From Cyanobacteriota bacterium (lineage in GTDB: Bacteria; Cyanobacteriota; Cyanobacteriia; PCC-6307; Cyanobiaceae): a stretch of 64,000 nucleotides of DNA. The stretch's first letter is position 1, and the number at the start of each line of letters is the position of its first letter. The notes beneath the pieces are model-generated. The model made no database searches, was not told the origin of the DNA, and saw only the letters and a list, made by a program, of their open reading frames with translations. The translations under genes were made by a program, and so were the position numbers. Below are positions 58,701 through 61,849 of this stretch, one piece after another. The stretch is taken from contig JBJOMY010000001.1 of the NCBI GenBank assembly GCA_046052125.1, positions 544,001-608,000 on the forward strand, read 5' to 3'.

Positions 58701-60578
58701 GATGGCCTCGGCTTCTTTGTCGTCCTCTGCGGCTGTGGTGGCTGGCGCTGCAGCCTCTGACTCTGGAGCGGGGGCCGCCTGGCTAAGCGGCTCTGTAGGG
58801 CTTGGTGAGCTGGTGGTTTGAGCCGTGTTGGCCTGGTTGGCTGCCACCACCAAGCTTCCAGCGCTGGGCTGATCGGTGGAGATGGCCTCTGCACCTTGAA
58901 TTTCGCCTTTGGCTTCCACCGTGACGGTGGAGCCCTCGTTCACGGCTTGTTGGAGCGATTCAGCACTGATCGTGCTGGTTGCTTCTGTTGGGGCTGCTGT
59001 TGCGCTCTCCTCTGTTGTTGATTCGCTGTCTGCGCTGGTTGCTTCTGTGGTGGTTGCTGCCGTTGCCGCTTGTTCGGTGGAGGTGATTTCCACCTCTTCT
59101 GGATCAAGCAACCACTGGCCCGCTTGGCCTTTTGGTGCAGCGGTGGTCACCCGACCGGTGACGTTGAGCAGCTTGGCCGAGCTGGTTTCCACAAAACCAC
59201 CATCACCGCCCTCAGCCCCACCAACGGCGCTGATGGAGCCGTGCATGTCGGTGCGCTCGTCGCTCCAGACGATCACGCGGCCACCATCGCCCTGTTTAAC
59301 CGCATCAGCGCTGATTCGGCTGTTGTGGTCGATCAGCACAGCTTTGGCGTTGGGGAGTGCCGCATTGGCACCGCGTTGATCACCGCCGATGCGGATCTGG
59401 CCACCACCACTGGTGCCGTTAACGCTGAGGACAGCGCCAATCAGCTGAATGTTTTCTCCGAGGATGTCGATGCTGCCGTCGTAGAAGCGGCTCACATCAC
59501 CACTGCTCGATCCCTGTGAAAACAGGCTGCCCGGCTGCAGGCTCACCCCTTTGAGTGCAACAGCTGCATCGCCCGCCGCGACGGTGTGATCGCTGAAGGC
59601 TGTCTTCGACTGATCGGATTTTGAAACGAGGTTTTGTGCTTCCAGGGTGCCCTGGAGCTTCACCTGTTTGCCGGCAACCGTGATCGCTCCGGCCGGTGCA
59701 CTCACCGCTTCTCCGCCGAGCAACTCCGCCATGGAGTTGGCCTGAACAAGACCGCCGACGTTGACGACGGAGGTGAGCGCCCCGCCCAGGTGGGACGCAC
59801 CGATCCAGATGTCTCCGCCTGGAGCCTGGATCGTGCCTTGCTGATTGATCAGCGAATTGAGAACTTCATCACTCACCGCCAGAGTGATCAAGCCATCGCC
59901 ATTCACATCCAGCGTGGCGCTCTGGCCGCTGGCCAGCACCACCGTGCCCATGCGGGCACTGATCAGGCCCTCGTTGCTGATGTTGGCGCCCACCAGGGCT
60001 GCCAGGCCACCTTCTGCAACGCTGATGCTGCCTTGGTTGAGGATTTGGCCTTCTGCGGGCCCGCTGGTGGGTTTCCACAGGCGCAGAGGGCCGCCCGAGA
60101 GGAACTGCTCAGGGTTGGCATCCAGCGTGGAGGCCATGAAGCTGGCCGTGTTCACGCTGCCGGAGGGTCCGATCAACAGGCCCTGCGGGTTCAGCAGGAT
60201 CACCCCGCCGTTGGCCTTCAGCAGGCCATCAATTTTTGACGGCCCTAGGCCGCCAACCACCCGGCCCAGAAACAGCGACTTGGCGTCCGGCTGCTGGATG
60301 AGCACCCGCTCGTTGGCGCGGATGTTGAAGCTGTTGAAATCGACCGCCCCACGCCGCTGCTGCTGGCGGATCTGGAGGGTGGCCGGATCAGGGTTCGAGA
60401 ACTCGATGCCACCACCGCGCACGCGTGCGCCATCGGGCAGGGCGAAGCACGGCGCAGCCGAAAACGCTGCAATGGCCGCCATCGCACCGGTTTGCACCAC
60501 AAGCGCAGCCGCGTCGCGGCCACTGGGTCGGGCCTTTCCGGCCAGATCGCTTGCAGTGGCGGGTGTTTCCGGTGCCAA
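31719..60578 (-). CDS. Giant filamentous-haemagglutinin-type TpsA exoprotein 2 (9619 aa; TPS domain, long PATR region, YDG and MBG-like repeats, tandem beta-helix repeats)
   Basis: Uninterrupted 28.9-kb ORF with the same signal and TPS domain as TpsA1. Many KxGxGTLTLxGxNTYxG repeats (c.46200-57150), KxYDG repeats (c.36070-45500) and three LTVTAND...YxG(F/L)VxGET MBG-like units. Confidence 0.93.
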   Translation of the reverse strand: MAPETPATASDLAGKARPSGRDAAALVVQTGAMAAIAAFSAAPCFALPDGARVRGGGIEFSNPDPATLQIRQQQRRGAVDFNSFNIRANERVLIQQPDAKSLFLGRVVGGLGPSKIDGLLKANGGVILLNPQGLLIGPSGSVNTASFMASTLDANPEQFLSGGPLRLWKPTSGPAEGQILNQGSISVAEGGLAALVGANISNEGLISARMGTVVLASGQSATLDVNGDGLITLAVSDEVLNSLINQQGTIQAPGGDIWIGASHLGGALTSVVNVGGLVQANSMAELLGGEAVSAPAGAITVAGKQVKLQGTLEAQNLVSKSDQSKTAFSDHTVAAGDAAVALKGVSLQPGSLFSQGSSSGDVSRFYDGSIDILGENIQLIGAVLSVNGTSGGGQIRIGGDQRGANAALPNAKAVLIDHNSRISADAVKQGDGGRVIVWSDERTDMHGSISAVGGAEGGDGGFVETSSAKLLNVTGRVTTAAPKGQAGQWLLDPEEVEITSTEQAATAATTTEATSADSESTTEESATAAPTEATSTISAESLQQAVNEGSTVTVEAKGEIQGAEAISTDQPSAGSLVVAANQANTAQTTSSPSPTEPLSQAAPAPESEAAAPATTAAEDDKEAEAIAQVEQATEQQVATQATAAQISTPAAPTASITTIKRLYLDGLDLTIDQASALNFAGQDLVIEACSTTCSFPSTGNITFLGFSGLNSLEVLAPTRIDLRGDISVANRLNFQGNLFLSAPSIRLSAADIEIAKPIQVALDLGPSSQLQITSSAPQQAIQIGAAQAGALPTLGTLTLSGSTLEAINQAPVSKLTIGDAAHNGSIVVHQELRSAQNLALVSTGSVEVSQSGSLKAGERIDIAGSNVDIQGAIQATNGTRGGAITIVADAINVGSAATLNAKGETAGGTIQIGGSWQNSNPSVRQATTTTIASGAVVDASATRLGDGGTIVAWSDITKANSVTTVSGTLLAKGGAAGGNGGRIETSGYDLKVDDIRVDTTAAAGETGLWLLDPYNITISEGTQAGVDGSFTGTADSAVVNVTTLTNALGSSNVTVSTGGAGSAGTQAGDITLATAFTSGSNNKLTLDAYRNININARILRVCDRRDCLELKTTTGAVLGSGEISVGGGNVIFNVGGSGSYSGDITGSGTLIKSGTGTQTLAGRGDMTGGTTVQAGTLRLVPGSAEGTNRFRWANGDQTITVNSGAVLELAATAGNSSNQTYLESGRSLTLNGSGTVKKTGTFSLEMGWNDRRFIVSQASDGLFQVAEGQVSHNYTRDNWRNNQGVLQIDSGTTFDTYSENVYISGLTGGGLLQNTYGAGGNKAIYITNSTSAANYTYSGIVDWNLWIEKAGAGKQTFSGAQGNFGDYVLRGGTLELSGTNWSLNVDSDVRMDAGTTLNIGGNISIGLLGHNTGSPTNTVVNLSNNATLTLGDNANSTFAGVIQGQGSIAKTKGSGTQTFSNQLTYNGSTTVSSGTLALSGAGSSLPSGGDLIVNGGLLDLNSVSHSMGKLSGTGGSIQLGSGTLTLNQTSNRSFAGNIRGTGGLVKNGTGTLNLTNWSDYTGTTTINGGTLSLDRFDGSGAGTLNSSRVIVNSGGILDWAVANSFGWIGNSAIEAITVNEGGQVGRADNALQQHMWNNFTVEMTGGKFYMGNNTQVMGLTFNIKAPTTSGAISEILPGGGSGDFRLRNDGLNITFDVAQNASALVSAPIHTNGTHGTLTKSGLGQLELAGNNTYYGATYVNAGTLKVSGTQYPSAGDGTETTVATGATYIAANTHKIAYLQGGGNVQILSGVTLTSDDSASTTYSGVMSGAGRFVKSGSGELTLSGVNTFSGGFTLENGTVWLNSASGPAIATNITLGNNTANASNLRMMRDNQFADGLVLTSANAAGNWTRFDLRGTNQSLKQIISGSSSAQGSLILQNIGSDGTVVSGRSQGTLTLTGNDNSILNAWVRDQDSNGTNNPLKIVKRGSGDLLFLHTSSKNDGMNFTGGLDVQAGTVTVGDGSDHGRIGSAPVSLAAGTTLTYHRSTNPYSINNNWSGDGTVILKGTGANGQSSYSYYGTNSLSAAGTVVVDKARFDVTTGGTLGNASTIDVRTGGQLFFSSAVTGTFSAPILLAGSGWKEPDGSQLGAIRHSSSNLVTLSGPITLANNARIHTSGAGNLAISGVIDDGVNSFGLEKTGYYGLTLTAANTFGGDTVIRGGKLYLNNQTGPALYNAPTGSTERPSGTVRINNDNSTGSNTSGGYFVGVHTLAANQLGSNVNVSFDGTSYTGGWYNEFALDGFSQTIGNLLDAGGQQRNLIQLQNSVSNKTATLTVNQTTDATYTGSFRRNWSGSGSELNLVKNGSATLTFKTSSSHTNHLQGGNLTVNAGEFVYNIDDDPSANGNTTLGLNKITVAAGSTFTYVNDTSVTLTPELAGAGTVQLKGINTINVGDFDLTRSNASFSGAMRISDNTRLKLGTDIGLGTATLNVASGSGVFVYTTTPITTALSIAGQGWNEGTGRLGALRLDNGASWAGTVALTADADVGTYSSSDAASITGVISGATTSRLWKTWNGTLTLSGLNTYTGGTGLAGGVLAVSSVANAGAASALGASTADAANLLFNGGSLRYTGSASATSNRGFSIAAGGSGTIDLPSGSLTFSGGTPATTGSLSKSGSGTLALAGASLFTGSTTVSAGDLEILPGGNLGGGAYAGAISLGNGSTLRYKAGGTQAFSGAISGTGGNLLIDGATSVVTLSGSNTYTGRTDLDGGTLKITGGTSQTTAMDIASGTTLEFDTGATSWTGGGTDSNLTGSQRAFWTGTSGVTWTGGGTIIKKGSATLGISTDDADTWALAAGSKIDVQEGRLYFGWGWNDTATNNKVDVNVASGATFDLWDLPQYRIRNLTGSGTVSGASYTNATLPTLVVGESDATSTFSGTVTGLVGAITKVGTGTFTLDGAVNHGFSKSLSINAGEFKLTSSGRFNSGTLNGSVSVASGATLRFDTSSAQTLAGVVSGSGTLIQQGEGLLTLSNNNTFSGQTTIAANRQLYIGNSSGSTGSIGGDVNVGAGALLTYKSDASSRVVSNTLSGSGQVEFTGTATSTQGGYKLSLASPNFSGTVISKPQTRLTVTNAGAFGTGIVRVENTGQLYLTAEGSQAFGAAGLANTVYLAGDGWQESVGQLGALRIDNSALFSGNAILTANARIGVWGDTGWGTIGGVISEQGGSFALEKWGPGRMLLTGASTYTGQTIVGDGILRLANTNGPALYTGAGGGEVVINHKVNSTGWTFPNVWAQLEFGADNQLGADVDVTFDTQNPFAYMTLRGTTQTIGNISTGANPGWAVLQNVESAAHDTGVGAARLIFNQTRDLEFKGYLRDAYRDSAGRDSNATPTSGGTKPSLALEKYGSGKLTITTDTYSTGGITIHAGTLQIGDGNGVGSLDSRNTVNLTSTSSTLEYFRNNDVSINHNITGIGNVIFRGTGVSGQSHYDYNGTNSIGVDATITVDKARLRVDAQANIGTNNPWVIVKQGGQLWFPSSPTINSRIKLEGEGWLEAAATNKGVNGLGALRLDNNGTLQLNGQIVLTGNARIGMWSTNANVSIASSISESGGSHGLEFRAFNPSTTDSTASLVTLTGSSSYTGYTNLISGRLRLANPNGRALYTNTAATSNISIISEVNGADAFLEFGANNQLGSNVNLVFDSRSSGWAETNIMGTSQVIGNILQGSNSNNWRANIQNHWNLDNLANGTLTITQAQDVAFTGNVRDKAGTPGTSKLNIVKDGAGTLRLLNTTNPYSYGGSTTVNDGTLAFDFDTNGSGNVSPRTSGVTLNANDAAGTRGVLEFNVGSGTRDLAYNLSVSGNGTLRKTGAGKIQWGTTAATFNLGPGSWIDVQGGEFVAGSYNNEVWTDNKASLNIASGATFSSVENNVIIDALTGGGTWRSGWSGLSSSPTIGIAGGSGTFSGVIQDYDAANNHKLQNVIKVGSGTQIFTGANTYSGVTQVKGGVLQIGAGGTTGQLGSSSTEVQLTGGSLVFNRSNAYSVSQAVTKGSNPANNTGLLIQDGSGTTTLSHTTNTYNVGTQVNAGKLVFGGSSTETPTVDIASGATLTLSGNLNTFTNTAGITYRGAGTLERDGATTSSVGYLHGSYGGTIDLSAGGWIKLLKGELRLANGSVSDWTSNEASLDIASSANLNLFDYNNANGVIIDALTGSGEIKRSGGSGATTLQIGIANNIGVTNATATYSGNITDSTLALSKKGDGVQIVSGTHAYTGATNIEAGTLRLSGTLSDSTVVSVSANATFDVRSTDTIGSLAGATGSFVTLASGNVLTFGDGTNRDVNALISGAGGLKKAGTGTVSFGGAVGANSYTGITTISGGILRLAADEQLPNLSALVLSGGVFDVNNRTETAGSIAGTTGITLGTGTLSVGGLNTSTSYSGVISGAGGNLAKTGSGTLTLAGASTFTGGLSVTAGTLALGVSGALADSLPVSVTNATFDLAGFSDRIGTLLLTDSSVLGTAGTLTTAGITASNANSQSIQPHLAGTGGLIKTGAGRLTLVGDGTFSGTVSVDTGSLRIGDNGTTGSLNGNAIALANNATLEFSRASGQASSFSGLVSGTGALRLLGGDLTLSGANTYSGSTWVDGGKLILGANEVIPNASLLTIANGGEFFLNGKTETVHRVAGTGTIRLASTLIIGGDNSSYVLNPTVVGTGDLVKAGSGTITILQDLGLTSPSTVTVQAGTLQLGNTVSSGTLGGANIVNNAALVIRPGANTTINGTLSGSGSLLIDASGWSATLASSNAGFSGATSVTAGTATFGASQAFGTGTITVAAGAALDLKGSQSTNSSITLTAQGDTPVLLSSSGTGQITGSVTATNAATFSSSSGGGITIDGVLTVPGQLSLLGGGNFTALNLNNSVPVIASVNVGNLDLRTAGDLTLGSITQGLTITNGIRSSGSVRLMAGGALTLPSSSLISSTGGAIALQGARFDNLAGANALLAGGGKSWTVRSTNADPFGLNGGTADQRGGLVFDYKRYGVTGDVGLPVDGRNGFEYTYQPVLTAAIGGTATKVYDGNVNIALGNINYTASGMVDGDSSILLVGEGTFADKNVGTGKVITPGAIYFQSGDSGNATGNKPVYGYAVNQTPTSSNVSGSITPRTATLVLSAADKVYDGTTAGSANTGSASFTNMVSGDQLTVSSVATFSDKNVGTGKTVFLVNTFGGTDVGNYTVIDQTTTTAAITRKTLTFNGATGLSKTYDGTTAITSGNGLGTLDGIVSINGVADVVTGAGQAIFSSKDAGTVSVNQGGAYLTGADSGNYTFTWAPSTATINKATLTVTANDDAKFVTLNDPVAANGSTGYAGVRYSGFVNGETTSALNLTGLTVTRDRSGLTGANSTEDPAGSYAGKLQASGLSSNNYAFNYQAGNFTIVPAGELVIRTAPVNATNTYGSTPALQVSSAQYVTISGGTTTLHTLTVNPSGSDFVVTDIAGGSSTVSLAVANPALSTAQQIQAGNYAITTGSFTQTGSNNFDGTPLILGNVTISPKQLTSPVLSTAPSKVYDGTQSLGALPITATGLVATDVVSFASDNYFSDKNAGTGKSYTAASIRLGGADAANYYITTTSISGTDGVITPKNLTISGLTAADKVYDRTRTATVNTAGATFNGLIAGDTVSVSSNGTFATKNVGTQTVTFNNLTLGGADAGNYTYSGGTLTTTAAISKATITGVTGIAASPKVYDRTGAANLDLTTAVLAGLISGDHLTISSANGAFTNVNAGAGRTVAISGLTLGGTDVGNYQLASTTTSTTADITKATITAIGNLSGVNRTYNATTAAQLNTASATFTGLIDGDGLSVGSYNASFANKNAETGKAITINSLSLGGISAGNYQLGSGAIPTTLTADVSRASITAISGITANNKVYNDSTAATLNTAGASFAGIAPGDVLSVATATGAFSDQHVGTNKHVTISGLSLGGTDAANYTLADNTATANAEITKATLTIGSISAANRTYDGTTAAQLSGYSFADLFSGDAVTLSFTGQSFGDKNVGVGKTVTFTGAAITGNDAGNYQLASALPTVTANITPLALQVSNLRAANKVYDATNTATVDFSQAVYNNRQGNDVLSVSGVGTFNQATVGDNIGVTFTSLSLTGADAGNYSFAGGTLSTSGNITPRPITAVSGVTATDRVYDGTAVATVGLTGAVLTGNLDGSNLTLTGGTASFADKAVGTNRTVTVTGASLGGSAAPNYTLDAPVTSAASITPVTISAVTGVSANNRVYDGGVTATLNLSNAGFTNKLGADSLTIGTYTASFSDKTVGAAKAVSVSNMTLGGADAGNYQLTATTLSLTADITPKAISITGISSVDRTYNQNNDVALNQATAVFNGAALGDVLLALGGNGTMANADAGTGKLVTITGLSLAGADAANYTLSSNASTSTVNIARAPLSLSGATGLTKVYDGTTALPGGATAYGALGGVLTGDVVELSGLARFDSKDGGQRAVQVGTLALTGSSAHNYTLNWTDGSGTITKKALTVTANNDARFVTQTEPSGYNGVSYTGLVAGETGSVLGGALSFTRQQGVEFNSAGNYTLTPSGLTSSNYEISYENGTYTIVAANRLLIKTANETQTFGSIISLAPTSVQYLAADSRLYDLTQATTSSGEYTYTYNDGAGGSFTFRLGAVGPMSNSGNLTVGNYDVTATTFTQTGRANVDPGGPVYVGKLTIAPKLVQASVTAPTKMYDGTTAASTSAVSLSGVLTNDVVAPTAGPAGSFSGPDAGTNRAYSYSGLALSGDDAANYYLASNTLTGNDGVITPRVLSISGSNAAARTYDGTRNATVSVGTLSGFVTGQTVTAAVQSAVFDSANAGMQTATVSYSLANGTGGGLASNYTLAGDRLSALITPKELILGTATVDGKVYDGTTAATITPGTVSGVLSGESIAVTATGSFRSANAGLQTADFTYTLTGGGNTVATNYTLPSFAGSANATITAKGLSFATPTSVVGRVYDGTTIATASLGTLTGFVGGESVTAAIQSALFDSANAGTRQATVTYSLSGNGATNYSLASDVITAAITPKALNWSIDSTAVGRAYDGTRDASVNLGSLAGFVGTEEVTASVQSAFYTSANAGTTTASVSYALADGANGGLASNYSLASNLVNGLITTKALSISGTSAASRQYDGTTTASITPGQLAGLVGNETLGVTATGTFANTNVVGVQAVTGTYQLVDGSGLASNYSLANPTGLQASITERVLTISGSQAVERSYDGTTNAAVNPGTLNNVVAGESLQVVASGVFSSKDAGYRDVTTTYSLSDGVNASGLASNYVLAGEILSSRITPATLSLSSLTAADKTYDGTTAATLTLGTLEGTLGETLGVTASGAFNTADAGNSIPVSYTLTLVDGVGAQAGSASNFVLADPGLTLTASITPRALSITPGTVTTKAYDGTQIAVVTPGQLSGMVGAETLSISQVDAQFASKNAGTHAVTTNYTLANGSNGGKASNYTLAGSTLSGTITPKSLQIFGSLVTDKVYDRSTVATVTPGNLVGVVTGEGISVSVASATFDSSNAGARLATVTYTLNDAPSVDGVPSALASNYQLGSQQLYGAITPKAITISGITAADKTYDGNTLATVNTQGATGWLLGDNIVVSASGNFDNKNAGAGKTVSLSTTYSGNDLDNYLITSQTSTTATIAPRAITISGITASDKTYDATTAASVDVGFASGWLAGDAVSVSATGVFSDKNAAIGKTVLLSSTYSGDDIANYLIADQASATATINKATLSVSGSSGLTKVYDGTVALGASDLPGYGPLAGVLLSDAVSLNGAAQFFAKDAGSVDVVRGNVALAGADAGNYTLNWSNGSGTITQAPLTIAANDNATFYQQALNLSSAGVRYTGFVNGETSSVLAGSLAYSSNASNTQAGNYTLSVSGQTSNNYSITYSPATYTVVPANSLLVKLNNSSTTYGDAPSYSINSVSYLAADNTSIVSLTGNQIGLTGNTITVNDGSSSAVFDIAISNPSLSTGRYLNVGGYDLSTRNLSLTNGGNFSGTVTLLGSLQVGQREITIGGITAAGKEYDATTSATITTTNAAGWLTGDSVLVSTTGAFATKAVGTNKTVDLGPASYSGADVGNYRINNQLTTTATITPKAITISGIRALDKVYDGSTTASFDTTAATGWFAGDAVTVTPTGVFSDKNVAPGKTVTLTSSTYSGADAGNYQITNQVTSAASITQLASVTWTGPATGDWLDPLNWAGGAVPDLANVANVILPSGIQATLGTSAVSPAATGPITLTSISGGGSLVQSGGSLQVGSGGISLNSLNQSGGLLASSGAIQLATLTQSGGALSTPSDLFITGTFSQSGTGNLSVGNNLTITAGSTPVMQSGTAQLSVGGVTSISTTSDISLASSSNNFTGSLNLNADDIAIADLNGITLGSITTTGNLNLNAGGNITQSGPLIIAGTSNFSTPADITLLNQQNAFPGAISASGNDIQIYNSLTTILGTITATGNTGDPASLSVTAANGDITATGTITSEDLTLTATTGDITQSGSGTIIASGATNLTAGDDINLSSTSNNFGGAVSASGNDIALGDSNGITLGTTTSTGNFSVNAGGDITQSGPLIVAGTSNFSTLADITLLNQLNAFTGAISASGNDIQIYNSLATILGTITATGNSSDPASLSVTAANGDITATGTITSEDLTLTATTGDITQSGSGTIIASGATNLTAGDDINLSSTSNNFGGAVSASGNDIALGDSNGITLGTTTSTGNFSVNAGGDITQSGPLIVAGTSNFSTLADITLLNQLNAFTGAISASGNDIQIYNSLATILGTITATGNSSDPASLSVTAANGDITATGTITSEDLTLTATTGDITQSGSGTIIASGATNLTAGDDINLSSTSNNFGGAVSASGNDIALGDSNGITLGTTTSTGNFSVNAGGDITQSGPLIVAGTSNFSTLADITLLNQLNAFTGAISASGNDIQIYNSLATILGTITATGNSSDPASLSVTAANGDITATGTITSEDLTLTATTGDITQSGSGTIIASGATNLTAGDDINLSSTSNNFGGAVSASGNDIALGDSNGITLGTTTSTGNFSVNAGGDITQSGPLIVAGTSNFSTSADINLLDQLNAFTGAITASGDDIQIHNSLATILGNIDAGGTFSLTSLGDVTQVAGTALDIAGDSSFSTPGSLNLSNAGNDFQGPVNLDALNIAIADSNDLQLGNVDADGTFSLTSGGDVTQVAGTALDIAGVSSFSTPGSLNLSNAGNDFQGPVNLDAVNIAIADSNDLQLANVDADGTFSLTSGGDVTQIGSGVIRVGGTTEITASGDLLLGNAGNDFRGPVNLDAGDITIKDSNGIELGRISAGGDFSATANGPVTTTAPLNVAGRTSIVVPVAPSGGGGGGSSTGGGKNGAGGSNANNGNDGTYRPTPGTIGSIAAETFVTISSGVQTVSNTPASVAIASTGSWSDYMSMPFNDPADAAYDPTGNSIAGQGPSTIALVTVPSVDGYNWAPSQIGIAVEIAYPSLNISSEIAANGNIELEGTISGPASAPSTEGPSTTLSEQLGGTEAAGSNEASTAQEQLPGASQISAEPAIDSSQVILVEPDGEIKSTGDGTPNNEPGRDVTPLQEQDAIRNSNERPDQNVVPSFLRAMRNSLTTRMQVSRFFKTQLGRIARADKGTKGD
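32845..33310 (-). repeat. 207-nt (69-aa) tandem repeat, two copies plus partial
   Basis: GACATCACC..TGA.GTCAG.GAGAAGGTGCC recurs near 32850, 33057 and 33264. Confidence 0.85.
33312..35500 (-). repeat. 489-nt (163-aa) near-perfect tandem repeat, four copies plus partial
   Basis: Shadow ORFs start at 33883, 34372, 34861 and 35350 (period 489) with identical or near-identical translations. Confidence 0.93.
59638..60558 (-). repeat. Copy 2 of the near-identical tpsA 5' region
   Basis: Matches 29728-30647. Confidence 0.92.
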
Positions 60579-60586
60579 GCCGTTTG

Positions 60587-60601
60587 GTATCTGTGGTTAC
60601 A
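60587..60601. promoter_or_regulatory. NtcA-type binding site upstream of tpsA2
   Basis: GTATCTGTGGTTACA is GTA-N8-TACA, 8 nt from the TTG at 60578. Confidence 0.6.
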
Positions 60602-60751
60602 TACTAGAGGCTGCCTCAGGCTCTTGCTAGCCCTCACCCGTTGCAGCCTGCAAACGAGTTTGTTCAATATTGTGAACACGCAAGCGATCAGGGGTCGACT
60701 ACCTGTCAATTGTGGGACGCACGAGCCTGACAACAGGGAGTTTGCTAGTAG

Positions 60752-61480
60752 ATGCTTGGGCTAATGCAATCACCTTCGGCGTCAATAAGCACGGTGAAGC
60801 GCCAGCATTTCTCGGATATCCTCAACTCGTGGCTAGCTGTTAATTGTTGGACATCATCTGACTTTGCACTCTTAACTCGGGCATTTTGCTTTCCCTCTAG
60901 AGATTTGTCGGCGAGAGTTATTGATTCTATTTTGACTGGATCAAGGCTCGAGCTTATGCCCATTCACTTTCAGGCCTTTGCAGCCGTCGAGCTCGGTCTT
61001 CGGCAGCGTGAGACAGGTGTAATACAGCTTAGGTCTGACGTTGATCTCCTGTGTGGTTATACAACTTCCTTGTGCCGTGATGATTCTGCTGTTAAAGCCA
61101 GCTGGTGGTTTGCCCTTTACTGCGGCGAGACTTGGGCACTGCAGATGATCGATCAAGATCTGGTCAGCCAGCCTTCGAGCTTGTCTCCACTCATCAAGCG
61201 GTTTCCTGGATACATGAGGTCGGAGTTTGCACGGAATGGGCTCGATCCAGTTTCCCACGTGAAGCAGGCTGCCCAGGTTCTGAATGGTTCAAGCTCTTTG
61301 AAGGCGAGCCGCTACATTGACTGGGCACTGGATTACTGCACTCTCACTGAAAAAGAGGCCCGATTGGCATTTCCTTTCAGTTTAATGCTCCTCTCCTCGA
61401 TAGGGCACACGTGTGATTCATTACATCAGGCGCGACTGAGGCTCGAGCCTGATGTTCGTCGGCCTGCTTTGGCCGCATAA
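60752..61480 (+). CDS. Hypothetical protein, divergent from tpsA2
   Basis: 242-aa ORF with more AT-rich codon usage; no recognisable motif. Confidence 0.6.
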   Translation: MLGLMQSPSASISTVKRQHFSDILNSWLAVNCWTSSDFALLTRAFCFPSRDLSARVIDSILTGSRLELMPIHFQAFAAVELGLRQRETGVIQLRSDVDLLCGYTTSLCRDDSAVKASWWFALYCGETWALQMIDQDLVSQPSSLSPLIKRFPGYMRSEFARNGLDPVSHVKQAAQVLNGSSSLKASRYIDWALDYCTLTEKEARLAFPFSLMLLSSIGHTCDSLHQARLRLEPDVRRPALAA

Positions 61481-61519
61481 ACCTCGCGTCACTTATTCGG
61501 GTCTGCTGCTAAGTTTCTG

Positions 61520-61849
61520 ATGGCTTTATATCAGTGGCATGCGGCAACATCTCAGAATTGCTTGCTGACACTGTTTGCGGATCGGCTTGTGGAACTGAGC
61601 TTCGAGGTCGTTCCCTCAGTTTCCCATTCTGATCAGGTTTATGCGATTGGCTCTCCTGCCTGCCAAATGAATCGATGCTCCAATGTTAGGTGGACAGATC
61701 GCCATGCGGGTGAATTCCAGATTGATCTCATCAGTGACGAGCCTTTTTTGCTGGAAGGATCATGCTGTGAACTGGTATCTGTAACTCTTCAAAAGATTTT
61801 CCCACCAATCCAAGCCCGTGCCGCGTATTCAGAACCGATTGCCGGTTAA
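61520..61849 (+). CDS. Hypothetical protein
   Basis: 109-aa ATG-started ORF following 60752..61480. Confidence 0.5.
   Translation: MALYQWHAATSQNCLLTLFADRLVELSFEVVPSVSHSDQVYAIGSPACQMNRCSNVRWTDRHAGEFQIDLISDEPFLLEGSCCELVSVTLQKIFPPIQARAAYSEPIAG

Noticed and set aside
16658..60578. Contact-dependent inhibition (CdiA/CdiI) interpretation
   Set aside because: No VENN/pre-toxin motif. The C-termini are conserved between paralogues rather than polymorphic, and downstream genes look like chaperone or coiled-coil proteins, not immunity proteins.
16671..60764. Many ORFs on the + strand and alternate frames inside the tpsA genes (e.g. 45628..46779, 29934..30758, 59845..60630)
   Set aside because: Shadow ORFs of GC-rich repetitive coding sequence; they merely mirror the TpsA repeats.
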